Shown here one piece after another: positions 7,253 through 15,723 of a stretch of 28,473 bases of DNA. Every line of letters begins with the position of its first letter. The stretch's first letter is position 1. A program made the position numbers and the translations under genes. Location of the stretch: the UHGV virus genome UHGV-0135791; one strand, written 5' to 3'. The notes beneath the pieces are model-generated. The model saw nothing but the letters and a program-made list of their open reading frames with translations. It was not told the DNA's origin and did not search any database. The DNA is from a virus.

Positions 7253-8734
7253 ATGTTAACTATGAACGGTCAGAATCAGGGTGTTAAGACAAAACACCGG
7301 GAATGGCTGCATCACTTCGATAAATGGCAGAAGGTGCGCCACGCGCTGGAAGGCGACCTTATTCGCTATCTGCGCAACGTCGGGAAGAACGAACCAGACC
7401 AGAAGTACGCCGCCCAGCGCCAGGAAGAATATGAGAACGGCGCTATCTGCTACAACTTCACCAAGCGTACACTGTCAGGTATGGTCGGCTCGGTGATGCG
7501 CAAAGACCCTGAGCAGATTATTCCACCTGAACTGGAATACCTGTTACGCAATGCTGATGGCTCTGGCGTCGGCCTGTGGCAGCACGCGCAGGATACGCTG
7601 ATGGAGATTGACTCGGTGGGGCGTGGTGGGTTGCTGGTGGACGCGCCGGAGACAGCCGCGGCAACGGCCGCAGAGCAGAACGCGGGCCTACTAAACCCGG
7701 TCATTGCATTCTACACCGCGGAGAACATCATCAACTGGCGACTGACTCGCGTTGGTTCAGTTAACCGCGTGACAATGGTCGTGCTGCGCGAGGTGTGGGA
7801 ATACTCAGAATCTGGCGATGAGTTCGAAACAAAGTTCGGCGAGCAATATCGCGTCCTCGATTTGATTGAAGGGCGCTACCGTCAGCGCATTTACCGATTC
7901 GATGCCGAAGGTGGCGCACAGGGTGATGTAATCGAAATATTCCCGGAACTGGGGGAACAGTTGCGTGGTAAAATCCCGTTCACGTTCATCGGGGCGAGCA
8001 ACAACGATGCGACCATCGACGACGCACCTTTGCTGCCGTTGGCGGAGCTAAACATCGGACATTTCAGAAACAGCGCAGACAATGAGGAGTCCAGCTTCGT
8101 CGTAGGGCAGCCAACTCTGTTCATCGCCCCCGGCGAGAATATGAGTATGGAGCAGTGGAGAGAGGCCAACCCACACGGCGTGCGCATGGGGTCGCGTTCA
8201 GGCCATAACATCGGTTACGGCGGCAATGCGTTTCTGGTTCAGGCGGGAGAGAACAACCTCGCCAAGCAGAACATGCTGGATAAAGAGAATCAGGCCATCC
8301 AGATTGGCGCACAGCTTATTACCCCGACGCAGCAAATCACCGCGGAATCGGCACGCCTGCAACGCGGGGCTGATACGTCAGTTATGGCAACAATCGCACG
8401 TAACGTAAGCATGGCGTACACAGATGCGTTGCGCTGGGTGGCTGCCATGCTTGGATTGCGAGAAGACACAGAGATTGAGTTCAAGCTGAATATGGAGTTC
8501 TTCCTGCAACCGATGACCGCGCAGGACCGCGCTCAGTGGATGGCAGACATTAACGCTGGTTTACTGCCGGCAACTGCTTACTATGCTGCGTTGCGCAAAG
8601 CTGGTGTAACTGACTGGACTGACGAGGATATTCAGAACGCTATCGAGGATGCGCCTCTGCCGTTAGGTGCAAATACTCGGGTGGTGGGAGAAATTCCGCA
8701 GTCGGCGCAACAACAAGACACCGCCCAGCAGTAA
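7253..8734 (+). CDS. portal protein (putative)
   Basis: 493 aa directly downstream of TerL; AAGAGGA RBS; acidic C-terminus. Confidence 0.7.
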   Translation: MLTMNGQNQGVKTKHREWLHHFDKWQKVRHALEGDLIRYLRNVGKNEPDQKYAAQRQEEYENGAICYNFTKRTLSGMVGSVMRKDPEQIIPPELEYLLRNADGSGVGLWQHAQDTLMEIDSVGRGGLLVDAPETAAATAAEQNAGLLNPVIAFYTAENIINWRLTRVGSVNRVTMVVLREVWEYSESGDEFETKFGEQYRVLDLIEGRYRQRIYRFDAEGGAQGDVIEIFPELGEQLRGKIPFTFIGASNNDATIDDAPLLPLAELNIGHFRNSADNEESSFVVGQPTLFIAPGENMSMEQWREANPHGVRMGSRSGHNIGYGGNAFLVQAGENNLAKQNMLDKENQAIQIGAQLITPTQQITAESARLQRGADTSVMATIARNVSMAYTDALRWVAAMLGLREDTEIEFKLNMEFFLQPMTAQDRAQWMADINAGLLPATAYYAALRKAGVTDWTDEDIQNAIEDAPLPLGANTRVVGEIPQSAQQQDTAQQ

Positions 8735-8744
8735 GTTCACATAT

Positions 8745-8767
8745 AGCCCCGAAAGGGGCTTTCTTAT
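8745..8767 (+). terminator. rho-independent terminator after portal gene
   Basis: AGCCCC-GAAA-GGGGCT hairpin followed by TTCTTAT. Confidence 0.55.
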
Positions 8768-8803
8768 AGTATGCTATTAACTTTAGCGCCACAGGGTTTA
8801 TCT

Positions 8804-9847
8804 ATGAGCTTACTTACATCTCTGATCAGCCATCAGATATGGCTACAACGCACCGCATCCGGTGAAGTGAAAGACCTTGCGCCGTTCATTCAGGAGATGC
8901 GCGACGAAATCAAACGACAGGTGCTGTTGTTCGGCGACGACGGGAGAAGCACCGCGCGACTGAATAAACTGTTACGCGACCTCGAAGAAGCACTGACAGG
9001 GCTTACTGGTGGCTGGCAAACGAAGCTGACAGAAGACCTTAAGGAGCTGGCGGCGTATGAGGCTGAGTGGAATGTGAAGACACTCACGGCTAACGTTAAT
9101 GCGGAATTTGTCACTCCGACCGCTGAGCAGGTGTGGTCTGCCGCAGTGTTTCAACCGCTGGCGTTAAGCGACAAGCCCGTTGATTTCACGAAGCTGATGG
9201 AAGGCTGGGGCGAAACAGAAGTTGCTCGCCTTGTAACCGGCGTTAAGATGGGTTTCGTACAAGGACAAACCACACGGCAGATTGCTAAGAATGTGGTGGG
9301 TGCTGGTGGGCTGGCTGACATCTCTGAACGCAACGCCGCTACGGTAATCCGCACTGCATTATCCCATGTATCGAACGAAGCCCGTAACGAGACGTACCGC
9401 CAGAACGATGACATCATCGAGAAATACGAATGGGTATCAACGCTGGACAGCCGTACCAGCACGATTTGCAGAGCCAGAGACGGAATGACGTGGGAAATCG
9501 GTAAAGGGCCAATGCCTCCAGCCCATCCGAATTGTAGGTCGTGTACAGCGCCCGTAATCAGTTCAGAGTTCGACTTCCTCGATAAAGGAGCGAAACGTGC
9601 AGCTAAGGGCGCGGACGGCGGTACTCAGGTAAGCGCAGACACCACCTACTACGAGTTCCTGAAACAACAACCGGCATGGTTTCAGGATGAAGCACTCGGT
9701 CCTGTTCGCGGTAAGATTTTCCGCAACAGCGGTATATCGCCGGAAGAGTTTCGCGTAATATCTGTAGATGGTTTCGGGAATCCGCTCACGCTTAAGCAGA
9801 TGGCGGAACTCGATAAACGTGTTGCTGATTATCTGAAAGGGGAATAA
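8804..9847 (+). CDS. head morphogenesis protein, Mu F / SPP1 gp7-like
   Basis: Motif TSTICRARDGMTWEIGKGPMPPAHPNCRSC typical of the Mu F-like minor head protein family; start may be 8771 or 8804 in the same frame. Confidence 0.75.
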   Translation: MSLLTSLISHQIWLQRTASGEVKDLAPFIQEMRDEIKRQVLLFGDDGRSTARLNKLLRDLEEALTGLTGGWQTKLTEDLKELAAYEAEWNVKTLTANVNAEFVTPTAEQVWSAAVFQPLALSDKPVDFTKLMEGWGETEVARLVTGVKMGFVQGQTTRQIAKNVVGAGGLADISERNAATVIRTALSHVSNEARNETYRQNDDIIEKYEWVSTLDSRTSTICRARDGMTWEIGKGPMPPAHPNCRSCTAPVISSEFDFLDKGAKRAAKGADGGTQVSADTTYYEFLKQQPAWFQDEALGPVRGKIFRNSGISPEEFRVISVDGFGNPLTLKQMAELDKRVADYLKGE

Positions 9848-10161
9848 TGATGGGCTTTTTCAAAGTAACTGATGTGCCGTCGCGTCGCGTAGTCCAGTAC
9901 GCCCGCGTGTCTGGCTCTGACGAGAACGTGGTGTTTATCGAAGATGAAAGTGTACTTGGTACACCTGTAGACGATATGCCGTTTGCGTATAAAACCGGTA
10001 TTGCGCTACCGGCGGCGGGTATGCTTTACGAGATTCCGTATCTGGCGGACGCTGGTGATGTGTATTTCTCTGCACAACCGCAGAACACCGAACTGGCAGA
10101 CGGCAGCGCAACTATCACTGTCGAGGTTAAGGCAGGCAAAGCGCCGTATACTCTGACCTAG
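9847..10161 (+). CDS. Ig-like-domain protein, truncated by an in-frame amber codon
   Basis: ATG 9847 after AAAGGGGA; ORF ends at TAG 10159-10161 inside an Ig-like fold (APYTLT*YKDGKEV). Confidence 0.6.
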   Translation: MMGFFKVTDVPSRRVVQYARVSGSDENVVFIEDESVLGTPVDDMPFAYKTGIALPAAGMLYEIPYLADAGDVYFSAQPQNTELADGSATITVEVKAGKAPYTLT

Positions 10162-10308
10162 TACAAAGACGGTAAGGAAGTGGTAAATGCCCCGGAAGAG
10201 GCTCTATCTCTGACGGTTAATGCTGTTGGCGAATACTTCGTTAAAGTCACCGATGCCGATGGTGTAGAGGCCGTGAGTAAAGCGGCGAAGGTCACTAAGC
10301 CAGAATGA
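10162..10308 (+). other. in-frame continuation after the amber codon, completing the Ig-like domain
   Basis: Same frame stays open 48 codons (YKDGKEVVNAPEEALSLTVNAVGEYFVKVTDADGVEAVSKAAKVTKPE) to TGA-TAA at 10306-10311. Confidence 0.55.
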
Positions 10309-10311
10309 TAA

Positions 10312-10342
10312 AAGGCCCCGTTATGGGGCCTTAGTTTTATTT
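10312..10342. terminator. bidirectional rho-independent terminator
   Basis: AAGGCCCC-GTTAT-GGGGCCTT hairpin with T-rich flanks on both strands, between convergent genes. Confidence 0.7.
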
Positions 10343-10858
10343 AAATCGCGCTGGCATTAGCACCATAAATGCAGTGTTTGAAAACGATATTTTGCATCCT
10401 CTGGTTTGGTCCTGGAAATCGAAACGAGCAATTTCATTTTTGTACGCCTTAGAAATCTTGTGCGCGTCTGCCAAGTAGGGCATGGCGAATCCTATGCTAT
10501 CAACTGCCCCCGGCGTGATGTGCGCCACACGTCGCCAGTCAGGAAATTTTCCGTCTACAACATCCACCGGAAGTGTACATATAAGCGCACAACTATCATC
10601 ATAGAAAGAAACACTGCTGATGTCATGGTCTACTTCCGCGTAGTTAAATTTAGAAGGCTCTCTCCCTTTTATGTCTATGAGAACCCCATTCTCAACGTTT
10701 GTCTTAACGTTGTCGCAGAACAATCTACGACCGTCCGTAGACACTATCAATCCTTCCGGGTCTATGTAAAAAGCATTAAAATAATAGCGCACATCATTTT
10801 TAGCTCTGCATATTTTTGCCCCTATATACGCAGGGAAAGTAATTACTGTAGTAACCAT
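10337..10858 (-). CDS. truncated DnaN (beta sliding clamp) homolog, domain II-like, 173 aa
   Basis: Segments [38 protein letters not shown] and C-terminal [11 protein letters not shown] parallel E. coli DnaN [45 protein letters not shown] and AAYVVMPMRL (from memory). Own promoter, GAGGAGGAG RBS, terminator; AT-rich relative to flanks. Confidence 0.55.
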   Translation of the reverse strand: [173 protein letters not shown]

Positions 10859-10886
10859 TTTAACTCCTCCTCGTTTCGATAACTGA

Positions 10887-10915
10887 ATAGTACCCTATTA
10901 TGTTGGTGTCTGCAA
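10887..10915 (-). promoter_or_regulatory. leftward sigma70-like promoter, TTGCAG-N17-TACTAT
   Basis: Read on the minus strand: TTGCAG acaccaacataataggg TACTAT tca; -10 region identical to promoters at 119-147 and 19703-19731. Confidence 0.5.
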
Positions 10916-10969
10916 ACTATTTGTTTACGTATTCCAGTTATTCCGCTCAATTGTAAATGTTGGAATAAA

Positions 10970-10981
10970 CTATTCGAATAG
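10970..10981. promoter_or_regulatory. perfect 12-bp palindrome CTATTCGAATAG, candidate operator
   Basis: Abuts the -35 of a rightward promoter-like site; half-site GAATAG/CTATTC also occurs within the conserved promoter block. Confidence 0.35.
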
Positions 10982-11010
10982 TTGACTTTTCACTAAAAAT
11001 ATGCTAAGCT
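10982..11010 (+). promoter_or_regulatory. possible rightward promoter, TTGACT-N17-TAAGCT
   Basis: Good -35 but weak -10. Confidence 0.3.
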
Positions 11011-11234
11011 CCACCTGAGCTTGTGAAGTATGAACAAGCGACCGCGGCGCGGGCAGGTAACGGAGCGGGACGTAAGTCCTGAGTGTAGTTACGCTGACGC
11101 GTTCGGAAGGGCCATACTCTATTGCTTGTGTAAAAAGTAACTGGTTTACTGAGATTACGCCGTTTCTATGTTTAAATGATAAGAACTAGCGCCCCGCTTT
11201 ATGGCGGGGCTTTACTTATCGAGAAAGGAGAAAC

Positions 11235-11621
11235 ATGAATCTTAAAGCAACTGTCGTAGCAGGAGCATGTTTCATCATCCTGGCCTACGCACACGGCATC
11301 TATCAGTATCGCAGCGGCTGGAACGAAGGCCGGGAGAATCTCGTTTCGCAGCAACAGCAGAAAGCGCAGGCTGAGTTAGCGAAGAAAACACAACGGCAGC
11401 AGCAGGAAGAATCAAAGGCCGCCGCTGCTGACAACGAAGGCAAGACGAAATCAGAGGTGATTACCCGTGAAGTCGTTAAGTACATTAAAACGCCTGGTCG
11501 CAGCGTGTGCACTTTTGACCCTGAGCGCGTGCAGCTCAAGTCCCGCGCCGTCGCAAACGCCAATTCCATCCCCGGATATGACGATGATGCAGCCGCCGTG
11601 CAAACTGGCGCCGCCAAGTAA
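11235..11621 (+). CDS. Rz: i-spanin (Rz-like)
   Basis: N-terminal TMD (VVAGACFIILAYAHGIY) followed by a Gln/Ala/Lys-rich periplasmic region; strong RBS AAAGGAGA; contains the start of an overlapping lipoprotein gene. Confidence 0.7.
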   Translation: MNLKATVVAGACFIILAYAHGIYQYRSGWNEGRENLVSQQQQKAQAELAKKTQRQQQEESKAAAADNEGKTKSEVITREVVKYIKTPGRSVCTFDPERVQLKSRAVANANSIPGYDDDAAAVQTGAAK

Positions 11622-11730
11622 CGACGCCGACGGGGATTTGGCTATCGACGTTCAGAATGCAGAATGTGCGCGGCAACTGAGACTGAAAGTGTTCATGTTG
11701 CAGGATTATGTGAGGAATATTCTGGAATAG
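11467..11730 (+). CDS. Rz1: o-spanin (Rz1-like outer membrane lipoprotein)
   Basis: GTG start after GAGGTGA, in the +1 frame inside Rz; signal peptide with lipobox LSAC; Pro-rich mature region; extends 109 nt past the Rz stop. Confidence 0.65.
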   Translation: MKSLSTLKRLVAACALLTLSACSSSPAPSQTPIPSPDMTMMQPPCKLAPPSNDADGDLAIDVQNAECARQLRLKVFMLQDYVRNILE

Positions 11731-11812
11731 TTGCCTTGCAGGTTGGAATAATTTATTCTTGACATGTAAATCCGGGTGGCCCGGGTTCCAACGTCCAGGG
11801 GACATACTGACT

Positions 11813-12514
11813 ATGAATCGTTTTTTACGTTATCCGTTCCAGGAAGAAGCTGGGGCAGAAGATAAAGCTGGCGGCGGTGACGCGCCGAAAATGTACACAG
11901 CTGAAGAAGTGCGGGCGCTGATTGAGAAAGAAGTTGCCGGGCTTAAGGCCAATCAGGAAGCATTGCTGGCGGAGAAGAAAGAAGCCGCCCGCAAAGCAAA
12001 AGAGGCCGAAGAAGAACGACAGCGCGCACACCAGGAGGCGTTAAAAGCCGCCGGTAAGATGGACGAGTTCGAAAAGACGATTCGTAGCCAGTATGACCCG
12101 GTGTTAGCCGAGAAAGATGGTCGCATCTCCAGAATGGCAGAGCGCATCCTCGGCAGCGAACGTAAAGCGGTGTTAGGCTCTTTCGCGGGTGACTTTATTA
12201 CCCCGGAAGCAGTAGACATTCTTGCTCCGTTCGTTAAGACTGAGTTCGAAGGTGATGATGTGGTTACTAAGTTTGTCGGCGCAGACGGTAACGTAATCAC
12301 GACTGACCCGGAACAGTTCCGCAAATACCTGCGCGAACACAAAGCGTTTTCGCATTTGATTAAAGCAAATGCAGCTTCCGGCGGCGGGGCTTCCGGTGGC
12401 AAAGGCGGCGGGGCCGCACCAGCGTTTAAAGACATGAGTGAAGCGGAGCGTTTAGCTCTGTACAAATCGAACCCTGCCGAATTTGAACGGCAACTTAAAG
12501 CCCTGAGGAAATAA
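11813..12514 (+). CDS. scaffolding protein (putative)
   Basis: Ala/Glu/Lys-rich, helix-prone, about 234 aa, immediately upstream of the major capsid gene; start could also be 11759 or 11894. Confidence 0.65.
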   Translation: MNRFLRYPFQEEAGAEDKAGGGDAPKMYTAEEVRALIEKEVAGLKANQEALLAEKKEAARKAKEAEEERQRAHQEALKAAGKMDEFEKTIRSQYDPVLAEKDGRISRMAERILGSERKAVLGSFAGDFITPEAVDILAPFVKTEFEGDDVVTKFVGADGNVITTDPEQFRKYLREHKAFSHLIKANAASGGGASGGKGGGAAPAFKDMSEAERLALYKSNPAEFERQLKALRK

Positions 12515-12516
12515 TA

Positions 12517-13560
12517 ATGGCAATTACCACTATCGGCGATATCGTAACTGGCAACATCCCGGTCCTGGCGTCTTACATGACCGAGGACCCGGTGGAAAAA
12601 ACCGCGTTCTTCCAGTCCGGCATTCTGACCCCGACCCCGTACGCTGCCGAGATTGCTCGCGGCCCGTCCAACATCGCCAACATCCCTTTCTGGAAAGCGA
12701 TTGATACATCTATCGAGCCGAACTACTCGAACGATGTATACCAGGATATCGCCACCCCGCGTAACGTTCAGACCGGTGAGATGATGGCGCGCGTTGCGTA
12801 CCTGAACGAAGGTTTTGGCCAGGCCGACCTTACCGTCGAACTGACCAGCCAGAACCCGCTGCAATCCGTGGCTTCCCGTCTGGATAACTTCTGGCAGCGC
12901 CAGGCACAACGCCGTCTGATTGCTACTGCGCTCGGTCTGTACAACGACAACGTAGCCGCTACCGATGAATACCATACGCAGAACGATATGGTTGTCGACG
13001 TGTCTGCTTCTCTGGGCTTCGACGCAGGCGCATTCATCGACGCTACCCAGACTATGGGCGATGCTCTGATGGGCAACGGTGGCGAGGTGCTGGGTGCTAT
13101 CGCTATGCACAGCTTCGTTTATGCGCAGGCGCGTAAGCAGCAGCTTATTGACTTCATCAAAGACGCTGACAACGACACCTTGTTCGCCACCTACCAGGGC
13201 TACCGTGTGATTGTTGACGACAGCATGACCGTAGTCGGCTCCGGCGGCAGCCGCAAGTTCATCTCCATCATCTTCGGCAACGGCGCTATCGGTTACGGTG
13301 AAGGCAACCCGTCCAACCCGCTGGAATACGAGCGCGAAGCGTCTCGCGGTAATGGTGGTGGTGTAGAAACCCTGTGGTCCCGTAAGACCTGGCTGCTGCA
13401 CCCACTGGGCTACAGCTTCACCAGCGCGGTAATCACCGGCAACGGCACCGAGACTGTCGCACGTTCTGCGTCCTGGCAGGACCTGGCGAACGCCTCCAAC
13501 TGGAGCCGTGTGGTTGAGCGTAAGCATGTACCGATTGCCTTCCTGGTAACTGGTGCTTAA
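12517..13560 (+). CDS. major capsid protein (putative)
   Basis: 347 aa after the scaffold; RBS GAGGAAA; followed by a strong terminator, as expected for a highly expressed structural gene. Confidence 0.75.
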   Translation: MAITTIGDIVTGNIPVLASYMTEDPVEKTAFFQSGILTPTPYAAEIARGPSNIANIPFWKAIDTSIEPNYSNDVYQDIATPRNVQTGEMMARVAYLNEGFGQADLTVELTSQNPLQSVASRLDNFWQRQAQRRLIATALGLYNDNVAATDEYHTQNDMVVDVSASLGFDAGAFIDATQTMGDALMGNGGEVLGAIAMHSFVYAQARKQQLIDFIKDADNDTLFATYQGYRVIVDDSMTVVGSGGSRKFISIIFGNGAIGYGEGNPSNPLEYEREASRGNGGGVETLWSRKTWLLHPLGYSFTSAVITGNGTETVARSASWQDLANASNWSRVVERKHVPIAFLVTGA

Positions 13561-13576
13561 GGTTAATATATAATCG

Positions 13577-13604
13577 AGAGGGACTTCGGTCCCTCTTTTC
13601 ATTT
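13577..13604 (+). terminator. rho-independent terminator after capsid gene
   Basis: AGAGGGAC-TTCG-GTCCCTCT hairpin followed by TTTCATTT. Confidence 0.75.
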
Positions 13605-13619
13605 ACTAAGAGGTGAATT

Positions 13620-13874
13620 ATGGCTAAGACCGGAAAAGGCTTGCCGCGCAGCCTTGAGAACACTGATTTCAGTAGTGTTGTGCCGGAAGCAACGGCAGAA
13701 ACCGCTGGACTGGTTAAGAAAGGTGCTGCCGTAACGAACATCGGCACGCAAACCGTTACTGGTGAAGACGCCGGCGCAGTTGCTACGTCCGCACAGACCG
13801 CGGTTAACGCCGTAGGTACTAAACTAAACGCACTTCTGGCGCAACTCCGCGCCGCTGGCGTAATTGAATCGTAA
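13620..13874 (+). CDS. small Ala/Thr-rich structural protein, 84 aa (possible head decoration)
   Basis: RBS AAGAGGTGA; position just after the capsid gene. Confidence 0.6.
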   Translation: MAKTGKGLPRSLENTDFSSVVPEATAETAGLVKKGAAVTNIGTQTVTGEDAGAVATSAQTAVNAVGTKLNALLAQLRAAGVIES

Positions 13875-13886
13875 AGGAGATTTAAC

Positions 13887-14231
13887 ATGGTTGATGTAAT
13901 CAAGCGTCGCACCACAGGTGTGTCCGCCGATACCGTAGGCGCTAAAATCGATATGGCGAATATCTCACCGGCATCTTTTTCCACCCCACTGAACGCCACA
14001 ACGTCAGTAAGTTCACCTGGCGCGCTAACCCTTACTGTAACCGTAACTGGCGGTCTGGCTCCGTACACTTACCAGTGGTACAAGAACAACAACGCTATCG
14101 CGGGCGCTACTGCGGCTACCTACACCAAAGCCGCCACTGTCGCGTCTGCCGACTCTGGCACGTATAAAGTGGTTGTTCACGATGTATATGGTAATATTAT
14201 CTCCAGTAGCACCGTAGCAACTGTGTCTTAA
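13887..14231 (+). CDS. Ig-like (Big_2-type) domain protein, 114 aa
   Basis: RBS AAAGGAGA; C-terminal domain APYTYQWYKNNNAIAGATAATYTKAATVASADSGTYKVVVHDVYGN is an intact Ig-like fold with the conserved Trp. Confidence 0.7.
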   Translation: MVDVIKRRTTGVSADTVGAKIDMANISPASFSTPLNATTSVSSPGALTLTVTVTGGLAPYTYQWYKNNNAIAGATAATYTKAATVASADSGTYKVVVHDVYGNIISSSTVATVS

Positions 14232-14267
14232 TGCAACGGCCCTTCGGGGCCGTAATAAGGAAAGGTC

Positions 14268-14447
14268 ATGGCAGATAATTATGTAATCCGTGAAAAGTAC
14301 ACCCACGTTGATATTGTTGACGGTCAGGTGATGCCTGTTCGCGGTGCGGTAGAAGCGGATGAACTGGTTGCAACCCAACCGGACAACGAAGAAGCGCACA
14401 ACAACGGCGGTGGTACTAAGCGTCGCCGCCGTAAGTCAGAGGGATAA
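14268..14447 (+). CDS. small hypothetical protein, 59 aa, basic C-terminal tail
   Basis: RBS AAGGAAAGG then ATG 14268; below track cutoff. Confidence 0.45.
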   Translation: MADNYVIREKYTHVDIVDGQVMPVRGAVEADELVATQPDNEEAHNNGGGTKRRRRKSEG

Positions 14448-14450
14448 TAC

Positions 14451-14603
14451 ATGAATATCGTGCGCCGCTTGCTCTGCACCCACAAATACCGAACGGTAAG
14501 AGTCGCGTATGGTGACGAGATAATTGGTAGAAATTACAAGCGATATTGCCAAGAGTGCACAAAATGCGGCGCAATCAGATACGTGGGTGGTGATAAATGT
14601 TAA
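14451..14603 (+). CDS. small Cys-rich protein, 50 aa (possible zinc ribbon)
   Basis: ATG 14451; contains CTH...CQECTKCG; overlaps the next start by 7 nt. Confidence 0.3.
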   Translation: MNIVRRLLCTHKYRTVRVAYGDEIIGRNYKRYCQECTKCGAIRYVGGDKC

Positions 14604-15106
14604 TTGTAGAAACAGGTCAAATTGTAGATGGGGCCGATTCGTACATTAGCCTAGCTGACGCCCGCGCGTTAGCGGCTAATTACGGTCTTGAGTTACCCGC
14701 GGACGATACCGCCGCAGAGGTGGCCTTGCGCAACGGCACTACCTATGTCGGGCTTGCAGAACCGCAGATGTGTGGACGTCGGGTGTCAGCAGAACAATCT
14801 CTTGCTTACCCACGCACTGGCGTAACGTTGAATGGTTTCCCTGTATTGGACAACGCCATCCCGAAACAGGTGATTCTTGCGCAGGTAATCGCTGCCGCTA
14901 CATATGGCGCGGGTACGGAAGTGCGGGCTAACTCAGACGGCCGCTCTGTACAAACTGAGCGCGTAGAGGGTGCGGTGACAGTGACGTACTTCAACAACAG
15001 CAACAGTGGCGCTACGACCGCGATTACTGCCGCGGACGATGCCTTACGCCCGTTACTGTGTGGCGGACTTAACAATGGTTTCTCGTTTAACGTGTACCGG
15101 GGCTAA
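14597..15106 (+). CDS. head-tail connector/adaptor protein (putative)
   Basis: Track ORF in the head-tail joining region; call is by position only. Confidence 0.55.
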   Translation: MLIVETGQIVDGADSYISLADARALAANYGLELPADDTAAEVALRNGTTYVGLAEPQMCGRRVSAEQSLAYPRTGVTLNGFPVLDNAIPKQVILAQVIAAATYGAGTEVRANSDGRSVQTERVEGAVTVTYFNNSNSGATTAITAADDALRPLLCGGLNNGFSFNVYRG

Positions 15107-15108
15107 AA

Positions 15109-15723
15109 ATGGCGAAGACTAAAACAGAGATGTTTACCCTTATCGGTGCAAATCTCCCCGATAACACTACCGGTCTTATCACCCCAGCCGCATTGCGCGA
15201 GGTAATGACGCAGATGGCGGACTCGCCTATTTACGCCACTCCAGGCGTTAAAGAGGTTGAAGTCCTCCGTGCCGCGTCGACCGTGATACAAGCGCCTACC
15301 GCAGTAGACACGGCATTGCAGTTAACTTTTGGCTCTGCTCAGGGAAGCGTATCTAACCCGGTAATGATTAATGTGGCAGGTCTGGTAACTTTCAACACGG
15401 CCGGTAACTATGCCGTTCGCGTTAAGCTACAGGCGGGGCGCACTGGGGCCAGCGGCACGTCTATCCTGTTGTCACGCATTCTGGTTAACGGCGCACAATA
15501 CGGTTCACCGGCAGCTACGAAACTGGTTAGTGCGGAAACTACCATCCCTATTGAATCCCGTGTGGTGATTAACCCGACCGCAGGCCAGACGTTTGCCGTT
15601 CAGATTATGCGGGATAGCGCCGGGAGTAACTTTGGCGGCGTATACCCACAAGCGGCTACCGTAACTGCATGGGGGACCGCGCCATCCGCGCTACTGGTTA
15701 TTTCTAGACTGGAGGCCGCGTAA
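15109..15723 (+). CDS. structural protein, 204 aa (neck or head completion, putative)
   Basis: Track ORF tightly packed in the morphogenetic operon. Confidence 0.6.
   Translation: MAKTKTEMFTLIGANLPDNTTGLITPAALREVMTQMADSPIYATPGVKEVEVLRAASTVIQAPTAVDTALQLTFGSAQGSVSNPVMINVAGLVTFNTAGNYAVRVKLQAGRTGASGTSILLSRILVNGAQYGSPAATKLVSAETTIPIESRVVINPTAGQTFAVQIMRDSAGSNFGGVYPQAATVTAWGTAPSALLVISRLEAA

Noticed and set aside
11017-11140. Possible tRNA or 36-codon ORF in the long intergenic region
   Set aside because: No cloverleaf with a proper T-arm could be built (GTTCGGAAGGG lacks a pairing stem); the small ORF has no RBS. The region is kept as a possible sRNA or leader only.
11731-11812. Promoter for the scaffold/capsid operon (TTGACA at 11759, or TTGCCT-N17-TATTCT at 11731-11759)
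   Set aside because: The TTGACA has no acceptable -10 at 16-18 nt and the alternative has a weak -10; not reported as a feature.
11953-13602. 549-aa minus-strand ORF, the longest reverse-strand ORF in the track
   Set aside because: Entirely antisense to the scaffold and major capsid genes, which have RBSs, coupling and a terminator; Arg/Ser/Ala-rich composition typical of a spurious antisense frame; no RBS or promoter.
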